A stretch of DNA of 64,000 nt. Origin: Octopus vulgaris. Taxonomy: Eukaryota. How positions within the stretch are numbered: position 1 is the first letter of the stretch; each line of letters opens with the position of its first letter. The stretch lies in the NCBI GenBank assembly GCA_951406725.2, contig OX597838.1, positions 4,774,001 to 4,838,000 of the forward strand, written 5' to 3'. Shown here piece by piece: positions 14,568 to 26,540 of this stretch. The notes under the pieces were generated by a model. That model was not told where the DNA came from. It did not search any database and saw nothing but the letters and a program-made list of their open reading frames with translations. Position numbers and translations under genes: made by a program.

Positions 14568-14801
14568 AAGGTGGCAAGCTGGCAGAATCGTTAACACGCC
14601 GGGCGAAATGCTAAGCGTTATTTCGTCTGCCGCTACGTTCTGATTTCAAATTCCGCCGAGGTCAACTTTGCCTTTCATCCTTTCGGGGTCGATAAATTAA
14701 GTACCCAGTTGCGCACTGGGGTCGATATAATCGTCTTAATCCCTTTGTCTGTCCTTATTTGTCCTCTCTGTGTTTAGCCCCTTGTGGGTAGTAAAGAAAT
14801 A
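14568..14801 (+). mobile_element. Family B SINE with Tx1-like tail, full length, 17-bp TSD
   Basis: GGTATTAGCTAAATTAA at 14551-14567 and 14802-14818. Confidence 0.9.
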
Positions 14802-14849
14802 GGTATTAGCTAAATTAATATTAGTATTAGTAAATGTATTAATATTTAA

Positions 14850-15060
14850 CAGGTTGTTATTATGTGATGAGATAATTTGTAAGAGATTTTTTGTGCTGGT
14901 AAAACCGATCCTAACAGTATATGAATTGATAATAGAGTAATACCTAGAATACTCAGGAAAATTCCTAACAATAGCTTTAAGAAATTGCAATGGGAGATTT
15001 AATTTTTCTTCCGTATGGAACAATGAACCGAACATTTTTACTACTATTTATCTTATTTTT
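14850..15060 (-). mobile_element. Decayed Penelope-like element ORF fragment (RT-to-GIY-YIG linker)
   Basis: KNVRFIVPYGRKIKSPIA / FLKAIVRNFPEYSRYYSIINSYTVRIGFTSTKNLLQIISSHN across a frameshift; resembles the PLE pattern WFNPPF...FL..IDKHFP....KIFNRNTVKVSYSC..N...II..HN. Confidence 0.65.
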
Positions 15061-15243
15061 AGTGTAATTATTTTTGAAAGCCCTACATTTAATTTTAGAA
15101 TGATAATAGGGGATTAAGTTAGGGTTATCTCCCTTCCTCCGCTTTGTATCGGTGCATAAGTTATGCTTGTTATCGATAATTCCTTTACAATTAGATTTCA
15201 TATCTACATTATTGAAGTTAGAATAAGACTATGTATGTATATG

Positions 15244-15315
<72 letters not shown>

Positions 15316-15319
<4 letters not shown>

Positions 15320-15497
15320 TAATCCAAACAAGAAAGCACAAAAAAACACAACAACGCGAGGACGTGGAACAAATATAGTACTATTGGACGTTTCGAGCGG
15401 AGCTCTTCGTCGGAAACATAGGAGAAGGAAAGATCCAGAGAAGGGAAGACAGAGGAAAAAAATCGCCAACGGTATACACGAGGTCACATTTTGAAAG
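15316..15497 (-). mobile_element. PLE-type terminal repeat (family 1) with hammerhead-like motif at 15387-15417
   Basis: Minus strand CCGACGA-A-GAGC tcc GCTC-GAAAC-GTC; flanked by (TA)n on both sides. Confidence 0.7.
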
Positions 15498-16042
15498 CAA
15501 TATATATATATATATATATATATATACATGTGTGTAGCTTACATGTGTGTATGTAGGTGTGTACGTTGGTTATGATGTGGAAAATATGAATATTCAACAT
15601 TATGAATGCACGCAATCAATTGTTTTAATTAGAATTCATGTTAATTTTCTCAAACCTGAAATTGCATTCTTGCAAGCAACAATAATACTTCATAACGAAT
15701 TAAAATCTCTCAATGACACTCCACCATATTTAGAGGATCAGGTTAGAGTGTAAAATCATATATATATATATATATATAACGAGATTATGATGTGATTGGT
15801 TTATTATGTTTTTAATGGTGCGTATGTATTTACACAAGAAATAATCATTCAGCAATTGTTATTGTTTGTCGTTTTCTCTATTCTTATAAGCTTCTACGGG
15901 ATTAATTTAATTTAGCATTTCTAATTACCACAGCCACTGAATGCTTCCATGTAAAAACATGAATGAAATATATAAATAAGAAAATACGTATCAGCAGAAA
16001 GTTTTTGGAAGCTAATATAAATATTAGCTTAAGGAATTTTAG

Positions 16043-16103
<61 letters not shown>

Positions 16104-16195
16104 ATATTATAATAAGAGATAATATTTTACTATAAAATTGGATTCAATCCTAAATCTGATTTTTCCCTGTAAGTTTGGATTTATTCCCTAATATT

Positions 16196-16271
<76 letters not shown>

Positions 16272-16274
<3 letters not shown>

Positions 16275-16450
16275 AGCAGAGGGTAATGGCGAACTTCTGA
16301 CTTTTTTTGCCACAACTTTCTCTCACTCTTTCCTCCTGCTTTTAGCAGCTCACCTGCGATGGAGCGGCGTCCCATCCATGTGGGGGTCCTTTGCGCCAAT
16401 GAAACCGGGAAACCGGCCCATTATGAGCCAGGCATGGATTGAGAAGGAAC
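16272..16450 (+). mobile_element. Family C SINE body with tail type 3, 5'-truncated
   Basis: CCACAACTTTCTCTCACTCTT is shared with 631-653. Tail GAAACCGGGAAACCGGC..ATGAGCCAGGC..G..TGA.AAGGAACA also occurs at 6984-7035. Confidence 0.7.
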
Positions 16451-16469
16451 ACACACACACACACACATA

Positions 16470-16510
<41 letters not shown>

Positions 16511-16689
16511 GTCTGTGTGTGTGTGGATGCATGCTGTTAATTTTCTAAGGGCTTATGAATAATAATAACCGTGTGTTAGATCTCTACATGCATATGCTTC
16601 AGCAGAAAGAGCCATTCAAGTATAGAGAAGTAATAAGGAATTAAATAAATAACCAGGGAATAATTATGGCATGAACTTGAAATTTGTGA

Positions 16690-16770
16690 AGCTCCGATGA
16701 AGCTAGAGGATGATACACGAGCACTCAACTCTGATCACATTGCATCTCATAGCAGAAACTGCTGTAAGCC
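16690..16770 (+). ncRNA. Hammerhead-ribozyme-like motif with long stem II
   Basis: GCT-CCGATGA-A-GCTAGAGGATG...CATCTCATAGC-A-GAAAC TGCT GTA-AGC. Confidence 0.5.
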
Positions 16771-17048
16771 AATGCCGTTCATGACAATTAATTATTCCTT
16801 TGTCACTTCTTTCAACAATTTTCTATTCATCCATTATTTTTAACATTATGTTGCAGTTTTTAGTTTGTGTTTGAAATTATTTTCCTAAGCTTTTCGTTTC
16901 CTGTACATGCGTAGATTCACAACCGCGTGAGCTCACTGATACACGTATTGTACCTATTCGTGTACATACATAAATACAACTACACCCCCCTCTACACATG
17001 CACAGACAGAGGCATTCGCGCGCGCATGTATATTGAGCGTATAATATA

Positions 17049-17266
17049 TATTTCTTTACTACCCAGAAGGGGCTAAACATAGAGGGGACAGACAAACGGA
17101 TTAAGTCGATTACATCGATCCCAGTGTGTAACTGGTACTTAATTTATCGAAAGGATGAAAGGCAAAGTCGACCTCGGCGGAATTTGAACTCGGAACGTAA
17201 CGACAGACGAAATACAGCTACGCATTTCGCCCGGTGTGCTAACGTTTCTGCCAGCTCGCCGCCTTA
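17049..17266 (-). mobile_element. Family B SINE with Tx1-like tail, 15-bp TSD
   Basis: TGAGCGTATAATATA at 17034-17048 and 17267-17281. Confidence 0.9.
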
Positions 17267-17480
17267 TGAGCGTATAATATAAACCTGGGTATCATCCTCG
17301 CAGCACATTATGCTAGTTCCCGTCTTGCGTAGTATTCCAAAATCAAAAGCGGACCCATATGACTTCGACTGATGTAAATGGGACCACTACAGTACGCCAA
17401 AAGAAGATCCAGGAGGTTTTTAAAAAGCCTTGTAGAGTGAATAATAAAAGTAATAAATTCAAATGAGAAAAGAAGGAGCC

Positions 17481-17840
17481 AATTTGACATGACAATTGTT
17501 TCCGCAAATTGAAAACGTTTTAATTCCACATCGCATGCATTGTTATGGCATTCATAAAATGTTACGCAATCAATGTCATTATATATGAAAATATGCAATA
17601 ATTCTGTAGTCCATTCGCATCATCAGATGTCATATTTGAAGGCCCCATCGATCAAATTTATTTTGATCGATGGGGCCTGCAATTCATGAGATCCGGGGAA
17701 ACGAATGGACTATGCAATTATTACATATTTTCATATATATAATGACAGTGATTAAATAACGTTGAATGAATTGAATAACATTGAATGAAATATCGAATAA
17801 AGATATTGTATGTTTACAGAAACAATTGTAATGTCAATTT
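17481..17840. mobile_element. Foldback (long palindromic) MITE-like element
   Basis: Central AGGCCCCATCGATCAAA / TTTGATCGATGGGGCCT hairpin (17640-17678) plus two outer pairs of imperfect inverted arms. Confidence 0.7.
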
Positions 17841-17879
17841 CTCTTCTCAGTTCCTCTTTAAAATGATCAATTTTATTAT

Positions 17880-18196
17880 AGGCGTAGGGGTGGCTGTGTG
17901 GTAAGTTGCTTGCTTACGAAGCACATGATTCCGGGTTCAGTCCCGCTGCCTGCATGGCACCTTGAGCAAGTGTATTCTACTATAGCCTCTAGCCGAACAA
18001 AGCCGTCCCCCAACATCGCTTGACAACCGATGCTGGTGTGTGTACACCCCCGTAACTTAGCGGTTCGGCAAAAGAGACCGATAGAATAAGTACTAGGCTT
18101 ACAAAGAATAAGTCCTGGGGTCTATTTGTTCGACTAAAGGCGGTGCTCCAGCATGGCCGCAGTCAAATGACTGAAACAAGGAAAAGAGTAAAAGAG
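17880..18196 (+). mobile_element. Family A SINE with internal deletion
   Basis: Head GGCGTAGGGGTGGCTGTGTGGTAAG and 3' end ATGACTGAAACAAG match 57447-57842; the middle segment is missing. Confidence 0.9.
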
Positions 18197-18217
18197 ATAT
18201 ATATTAATGTAAAGACG

Positions 18218-18424
18218 CTGAGCTGGCCGAGTCGTTAGCATGCCGGTAAAACGCTTAGCGGCATTGCGTCCGTCTTTACATTTTCAGTTCAAATTCTACC
18301 GAGGTCATCTTTGTCTTTCATTCTTTCGGAGTCGATGAATTAATTACCAGTGAAACGCTGGGGGTCTATATAAACAGAAGTCCTCCCGCGAAATTTCAGG
18401 ACTTGCGCCTTTAGTTGAAAGGAT
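18218..18424 (+). mobile_element. Family B SINE, degenerate, alternative tail
   Basis: GAGCTGGCCGAGTCGTTAGC...TTCAAATTCTACCGAGGTC; tail AAATTTCAGGACTTGCGCC. Confidence 0.75.
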
Positions 18425-19034
18425 TGTATGTATTTATGTACATACGTTTGTTTTTATGTTCGATTATAATAAAAAAAAAATGATTTTATATTAATCCGAT
18501 GGGTTACTTTTATCTTTCACTTATTTGTTTAAGTCATAAGACTGCGGCCTTGCTGGGGCATCGCCTTGGATTTTTAGATAAATTAATCAACCCAAGCATT
18601 TACTTTTTAAAGCCTGGTATTTATTTCTTTTGCCGAAACATGTATATGTATATGGTTTTCTTTATGTGCGTATTCATAAGTGTGTGTCTATTTGTACGTT
18701 TATGTTGTGTGTGTATGTGTGTGTGTTTGTGTGTGTGTTTGTCTCTGTGTGTTTATTTTGTGTGTATGTGCGCGCCCTTATATGTGTGTTTGTTTATTCG
18801 TTCAATTCCTTGCAATCTTACGTTTACCTATATTTTCTCGTCCAAACACAGTTTTTCGAAATTAGTACAAAACAACCATGGAAAGTTGCTGTAAAAATGA
18901 CTGAAAATTGTCTTTTGAATATCAGATACCAAAGGTTCTGTTACACGTAAAATAAACACACAAAAATGTTCGAGTGATCGGAACTTACGAAATACATGCA
19001 TAGGTTGATAAACGAATCTTAAAACGATTACCGG

Positions 19035-19700
19035 TCAGGCTGATATGATTCCTTGTCGGAATGTTACATTCGGGAATTCCGTAAAATATATTCGATATTT
19101 TGTAAATACTTTAACAATTAATGTACTACATTTACAACTGAAGTAAGAGACAATATCATCGTTGTCAGAAAGGTTTATAGACTTAAAATGGTTAATGGAG
19201 ATAGAATAATTTTTACAAGAGCAGCTTTCCTCAATCGTATTGCTATTAAAGAGCTTATAGTGTCTGAGATTTATCGGTAAATGCAAAGAGATTAATTTTA
19301 AGAAGACTCTAGCAATCCGAATTCAGACGTATAAAACAAAAACTGGATTATTCCGTAGAATATTTATTGGTCTAGTTTTACGCTCGGAAGCATTAGTGAG
19401 GGTCATTTATTGTATTTTATCTCCGAAGTCACTATTACGAAGAGATTTGTTGTAGTAATGGCAGACATTAATGAATACAGCATCGTCTGAAGATAAGGAG
19501 GTTGTATAATAAATGATGTAAGTACAGAGGCGACGGTACTGAGAGAGATGTTGGTGTTGTTGTTGGGGGTGGTTAGTTTAAAACAGTATATAATTACATT
19601 TTCATTGAATCAAGTGATGAGCAGAAATTTAACGGTACCAGGATGTGTAGCAAATGAAATACTTTCGAATAATATTGATATCATTTAGAAATCTACCTTA
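19035..19700 (-). mobile_element. Decayed Penelope-like element ORF fragment (RT thumb and linker)
   Basis: Across frameshifts: NHP, LSSDDAVF..CHYYNKSLRNSDF, RKTRPINILRNNPVF, HYKLFNSNTIEESCSCKN. This is the motif order expected for PLEs (SNHPP..LSS..YYN.AL..SG..RNI.WYNPPF..KLFN.NT...YSC). Confidence 0.6.
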
Positions 19701-19869
19701 ATCATAACGTTTTATATCATACGAAGATAATACGCAGGTGACTTTGTATGAAACATGAGAATATAGGAAATAACTTCTATCCCAAATACCCAAAATGCTA
19801 ACAGTCCCCCCCACAAAAAACGAATTTCAAAAACTTTTGAACAAAATTTACATGCCTTCTATCGTTTAT

Positions 19870-20060
19870 ATTTTTCTTTTTCCAATCATTGGACTGCGGC
19901 CATTATGTGGCACTGGCTCTAGGGGTTTAGTTCAAAGAAATTAACCACTGTGTGGTACTAAATCTAGCGGTCTCTTGTACTAAATCTTGTACTAAATCTA
20001 GCGGTCTCTTGTAAACTGTTAATTTACGAAGCTAAACAAGCCAACACCAGTTGTCAAGTG
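19870..20060 (-). mobile_element. Family A SINE 3' half, degenerate
   Basis: TCATTGGACTGCGGCCAT...ACACCAGTTGTCAAG. Confidence 0.65.
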
Positions 20061-20070
20061 TATAAATATA

Positions 20071-20137
<67 letters not shown>

Positions 20138-20204
20138 GAACATTTAAGCATAAATGCTGTATATAATATACACTACACTCTACATTTAAACATGCATATA
20201 AACA

Positions 20205-20398
20205 TGTGCCATGATAGATCGTTAGCTACTACAAACATCTTTTTTCTCTCCTTGTTCTTTTCTGTGTATCTTTCTGTAGAAGAGCGTAGGCTCGAAACGT
20301 AAAAGACTTTTTCTATTCTTGAGCGCTATACTAATATATCTGTTTGTTTGTACACCACCCGCCTTCGTCTTTTACTTATTTTCGTAAAATTTCCCTTT
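20205..20398 (+). mobile_element. PLE-type terminal repeat (family 2) with hammerhead-like motif at 20270-20305
   Basis: CTTT-CTGTAGA-A-GAGC gtag GCTC-GAAAC-GTA-AAAG; homologous to 32937-33075 and 60150-60318. Confidence 0.7.
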
Positions 20399-21199
20399 AT
20401 ATATATATATATGTCTGTGTGTGCGTGTGTATGTATGTATGTACATTTGAATGTAAGTGTATATCTTTGAATGCAACGTCAAGTAAGCTTGCAATGATTC
20501 CGCCATTGCTGAATTTTACTGAAATTACCGATGAATATATAATTTTTTAAACATTCGAAGCTATTTAAGCGAAATAATTAATTCTTATTACATTTATTTG
20601 TTTTTACTTAATAATTATTATTCTTACCTGAAATGAAATAATTTTCACTCGTAACAAAGAGTAGAATTCATTTATATATATTTTCCGGAAAAGATTTAAA
20701 CATTTTCTATTTATTTATTTACTTATTTATTATATTCTGTTGCATTTTACAATTTGTATAGAAAATTATTTTCCTAAGCTCATCGTTAACTATTCATGCA
20801 TAAATTACCAACCGTGCAAGCAGACAAATATACGTACAATACCGATTTATGCATATATATATAACTACAATAGCACAAACGTATATATATATGCTGGAAA
20901 TACGAGAGTAGAAAAGCAGGCGACCACTGATGAAGGGTCGTTCTTTATGTTATTTGCCTTGTTTTCCATTGTGTTTTCTGCTGTTCGAAAATAAGAGTTC
21001 ATATTACATGTACTTTTTGTTGTACACGTTTCGTGACGTCCTGTGCCCACACACAAACACACGCACACAGATATGTATATACGTATAGATGTATGTACAT
21101 ATACGTACGTATATGTGCATGTATATATATATATTATTTATATATATATATATATATATATATTATATCATATATTATATATTATATATATATACATAC

Positions 21200-21232
<33 letters not shown>

Positions 21233-21327
21233 AATATATATATACATATATATATATACATATATATATATACATATATATATATATACATATATATATA
21301 CATATATATATATACATACATACATAC

Positions 21328-21420
<93 letters not shown>

Positions 21421-21444
21421 ATTTGGGGATGTTAACAGTTTAGC

Positions 21445-21625
21445 TAATGTTTTCCGTCATGCGTAGCAGTTTGGCTGTGCTGAGACCCGTCCAGCCCTTT
21501 ATGTTGTCCACCCAGATATTTCTCCGTCTGCCTCTCTGCTGATCTGCCTCAACTGTGCCCTGAAGAATGATTTAGGGTTGAGAGTTGTGACGGGACGCTT
21601 GACCAAACCAAGAAAGCTTTCGGGT
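21445..21625 (-). mobile_element. RTE-clade LINE fragment (C-terminus)
   Basis: Translates to RKLSWFGQASRHNSQP*IILQGTVEADQQRGRRRNIWVDNIKGWTG, with an in-frame stop. Confidence 0.85.
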
Positions 21626-22322
21626 AGAGATAATACATTTGTCTCTAGCAGCAGCATCGTTGGAGATGGACGGGTATATAGGTTACTGGTTTTCACCTGA
21701 TTCTCCCTTTTGGCTTAGAGACCGTTCTCAGCTACACCATGACAACTGTTTCTGCTGCCAGGTTAAACATAGTGAGGGGTTGAACGCTTGGAGAGGAGAT
21801 GGACACGGCATATCATTTCTAAGGACTACCGAAATGCCAAACAAACAAGACTTGTAAGTTATACAATGCCCCAAATCCCCATTTTGTGAACAGCCTGACA
21901 TAAATTAGATCTGAAATATATTTAGGCATTACAAAACCTTGCTGAGTTTTAAAAAGATAAACACAGCATATCCTGTCTATTTTAATTATGGCAGTCTGCA
22001 CTTTTGATTGGGGGAAAATCTGTGAATATTGGCGTGCAGTGTGAAGGTCCGTCGGGAAAAGACGTCTCGTATATTCTCATATATCTATGTCTAAAAATGA
22101 TAATACTTACTTTATCATTTAACCCATAGCAAGTCATTCTGATGTATATATTTGAAATATATATATATATATATATTTATTTCCCTGCATCTCCATGGCA
22201 ATATTGCAGTGTTATTCTTATCGTGTTAGATATCATTAAGAAGATTGACAATATTTTCGAAAAGTTGTTCGTTCGATAAGTATATGTGTACAAAGAAAAC
22301 ACGAGCAACTATACACACGCAA

Positions 22323-22359
<37 letters not shown>

Positions 22360-23219
22360 TATATATATGTATATATATGTATACATATATATACATACAT
22401 ATATATATACATATATATATATATGTATGTATATATATATACATGTATATATATATGCATATATATATATATTTATACATATATATATATATGTATATAT
22501 ATATATGTATATATATATACATACATATATATATATACATATATATATATATACCCGCGAGAACACACACAGATGGACAGATATACATACGCATATATGG
22601 GGACACAAACACATAGATATGTATATGCATACATACAAGCATGTATACATATATATATATATATACACATACTCAAGCATACATACATACGTTTATACAC
22701 ACACACACACACATATATATATATACGAATGAATGTGTAATTATATATGTATACGCACGTATGTGTCAGTCTGTATGAGTTTATATAAATATTACGCGTG
22801 AATGTTTGTCACACAGCTCTTTAATTAATCTGTCTCCGACGTCCCCGTCTTCCTGTGATGCAAGGTTTCACCTGACACCAAATCACTCTCATTTCCATCA
22901 CTTAAGGACGTCTATCTCACCTTCCTTTAAGTTTCCAACTTCATCATCTGCGTAACCAATTCACCTTAATGGATATTAACGTTCAACAGGTGAATTCCTA
23001 TGAACGCATATTTGATTATTATGAAGTGGGTTTAAACTTTCTTTTTTTTCAATATACATTTCTGAAAGCTGGTTGTCTCTCCTTCAGTAAATATCGCACG
23101 TCTATATATGCACATATATACATATATCTCTTTGTGCACACATATATACATTCGCACAAGAAATTTATACATGCATACATCTATTATATATATATACATA
23201 CACACACACACACACACAC

Positions 23220-23293
<74 letters not shown>

Positions 23294-23299
<6 letters not shown>

Positions 23300-23520
23300 A
23301 TATTTCGGAATGGTCATATTGCCAGTTTAGCCAATAAAAACACACGCACTATATATTTGGTGTTATTTTGCTTCAGTGGTATTTATTTTTTACATTAATC
23401 TTAATCTTATTTCGGCCAAAGTTCTTTCGTCACACTCCTGTGACCGCATCAGTGGTCCTTTGTTTTCTTCTCACTTACTTGTGTCTCTCCTTACTAACCG
23501 TCAGCCATTTTGTATTTCTA
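23294..23520 (-). mobile_element. PLE-type terminus with degenerate hammerhead-like motif (23414-23458)
   Basis: Minus strand CCA-CTGATGC-G-GTCACA ggag TGTGAC-GAAAG AA CTT-TGG; runs into (TA)n. Confidence 0.5.
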
Positions 23521-23578
23521 TTGTATGTCTTCATTTGCACATGCTTATATCTCTATGTGCGTCTATGTTTATTATATA

Positions 23579-23636
<58 letters not shown>

Positions 23637-24113
23637 TAGATAGATAGATATACATAATACACACATATGTATATATATGCATATACAGATACAAACACAG
23701 ACACACACACACATATATATATATAGATATACATACACACATATGTATATATATGCATATACAGACACAAACACAGACACACACATATATATTATATATA
23801 CTAATTCCCACACACATATGTACTCAAGTTTACGTCTGATATATAAATGCCGACATCTTAATTTCGGTGTTATGTATTCCTGGCAATTCGCAATTTCTCT
23901 TATTTTTCTGTGATAAAAGACGATACCCTAAACGGTAAATTCTCTTCCGTGTCTTCTTCTGGTGCATTTAGCTTCATTGTACATTCTTTTGGATGTTGTT
24001 TCATCATTTTATATTTTTACTATTTTTCGACCTCATGCTTTCGTTAGTCTGATTCCAAGCATTGTTTGTTTGACATATCTTCCGCTTCATCATCATTGAT
24101 TTAATTGTGGTAG

Positions 24114-24165
<52 letters not shown>

Positions 24166-24376
24166 TTGTGTGTAAGAAAGTGCATTTATGTATGTATATA
24201 TGTATACATACATGCATATATATATATATATATGTATATACACACATATATATATGTATATATACTTACATAATACGCTCACAGACACATGTATATATAT
24301 ATACGTGTATTTCTCTCTGTATTTCTCTCGCTCTCTCTCTCTATATATATATACATTTACATACATACATGCATAC

Positions 24377-24451
<75 letters not shown>

Positions 24452-24455
<4 letters not shown>

Positions 24456-24580
24456 GGGCTACTTTTAGTTTTTGTCTACCAAATTCATTCACAAGAAGAC
24501 ATCTGCTGAAGGTGCCACGAAGTGGGACTGAACTCAGAACAATGTGGTTGGTAAGCAAGATGCTGACAACACAGCCACTC
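24452..24580 (-). mobile_element. Family A SINE 5' half
   Basis: GTCTACCAAATTCATTCACAAG...GTGGGACTGAAC...TGTGGTTGGTAAGCAAG...ACACAGCCACTC. Confidence 0.8.
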
Positions 24581-24649
24581 GTATATATATTTATTTAGTT
24601 AAGTTTCGTACGATGCACTTAGTTACATTAAGATTGCATTTTCACTTGT

Positions 24650-24695
<46 letters not shown>

Positions 24696-25053
24696 CCATG
24701 GTGTTTCTATACATTTGGGGGACGGGGCACCGATGTATGCAAGTATTAAAACAGGTACACAGCTACACACACTCACAATCACGTAAGAAATCAGACTCAC
24801 TCACATACACGTGCACACTAGCACATACACACATACACACACACACACGTAGAGACAGACAGACAGACAGCCAGACGAACAGACAGACAGATTCTTGGTT
24901 GATTGCTTCTTTTCCATCGTTTCCGTTCTTTGTAACAGTTTACTAAAATATCCTCGAAAAAACATCTTGACGAGGAAATTGTGTTTCGTCTCTTCATAGT
25001 TTGGTGGAGGGTATTAATGCAATTCCTCCATCTCTCTCAGAAGCGACTTACGT

Positions 25054-25227
25054 TATCATCATCATCATCATCATAACCATCACCTATATCATCATCATCA
25101 TCGTCATCATCATCAACACCGTCTTCATCACCATCACAACCATTCTTCTTCTTCTTCTTCTTCTTCTTCTTCTTCTTCTTCTTCTTCTTCTTCTTCTTCT
25201 TCTTCTTCTTCTTCTTCTTCTTCTAAC

Positions 25228-25306
<79 letters not shown>

Positions 25307-25337
25307 GTTGTTGTTGTTATTATTATTATTATTATTA
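25054..25337. repeat. Compound trinucleotide array (ATC)n-(TTC)n-(TTA)n-(TTG)n-(TTA)n
   Basis: Directly visible. Confidence 0.95.
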
Positions 25338-25438
25338 ATTTTAAGAATTATTTTGTGTATTTGTTCTTGATCAATACGTACTTTCATATGTGTGCACACA
25401 TAGACAGATATATATATATATATATACATATGCATGTT

Positions 25439-25516
<78 letters not shown>

Positions 25517-25614
25517 TAGATAGATAGATAGATAGATATGTATATATACACATATATATATATACACACACATATATATATATACACATACACATAAATA
25601 TATATGTAGATAGC

Positions 25615-25651
<37 letters not shown>

Positions 25652-26119
25652 TTATATATATATATATATATATATGCATATATATATAACTATGTATATA
25701 TAAATGGGTCTGGTTTTATGGGAGTGAGATAGAGAAATAGGAAGATCGAAGAAGAAAGAAAGGAAGAGAGAGATAGAAAGAGAGAGAGAGGGAGAAAGAG
25801 AGAGAGTGAAAGAGTGAGTGGGAAAGATTAGTAAACAAGTTTAGGATAAATTAAAAAGCAAAGACGCCATGTTATTCAGTGAAGAATTTAATGTTGAATG
25901 AGTGTTTCTCGCCTGCTAAGAAGTGAAATAACAAAGGCGAATCTTTAAATCTCCTGCCTAAACTATTATCGTTACTTTTTACCCTACTTAAAATATTAAA
26001 CAACTCTTCCACAAAACTTATGTAAACTTTCACGTAAAAACCAAAAAAAAAAAACCAAACATATTCTGCATCTCATAACCGAGTAGATTTAGATATTCTC
26101 AGTTAGAGTGTTCTGTATC

Positions 26120-26540
26120 GGGCATGGTCACGTGGTGAAGAATTGCTCTCATTGTTTGCAGGTTCGACTCCCTTACACGGCAGTTTGGGCATGGATTTTA
26201 AATTCTAGCCACATTTGGTTCGATTTCAACCGTGCCGTCTCAGGTAAATGCATATATGTATACACAGTATACACAAATGTATATATGTATATGTCTATGT
26301 ATACATATATATATATATGTAGATGTGTATATACGCGTATGTGTGTGGAGGGGGTATATATATATATTTGTTTTATCCACCATCGTTTGACATGCAGTGT
26401 TGATTTATTTGCGTCTCAGTAACTTAGCGGTTCAATAAAAGTAATCGATAGGATAACTATCAGATTTTTTAAAATGCAGGAATCGATTTATTCGAGGAAA
26501 AGCCTTTAAAGTAGTGCCCCAGTATGGCCGCGATGTGCAA
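26120..26540 (+). mobile_element. Family A SINE, old and degenerate
   Basis: Head GGCATGGTCACGTGGTGAAG, internal microsatellite, GTAACTTAGCGGTTC, GTGCCCCAGTATGGCCGC. Confidence 0.65.

Noticed and set aside
20927-20945. CTGATGAAGGG as a hammerhead core
   Set aside because: No matching stem II and GAAA downstream.
25001-25519. Poly-Ile/Leu membrane protein ORF
   Set aside because: Compound trinucleotide repeat with a non-ATG start.
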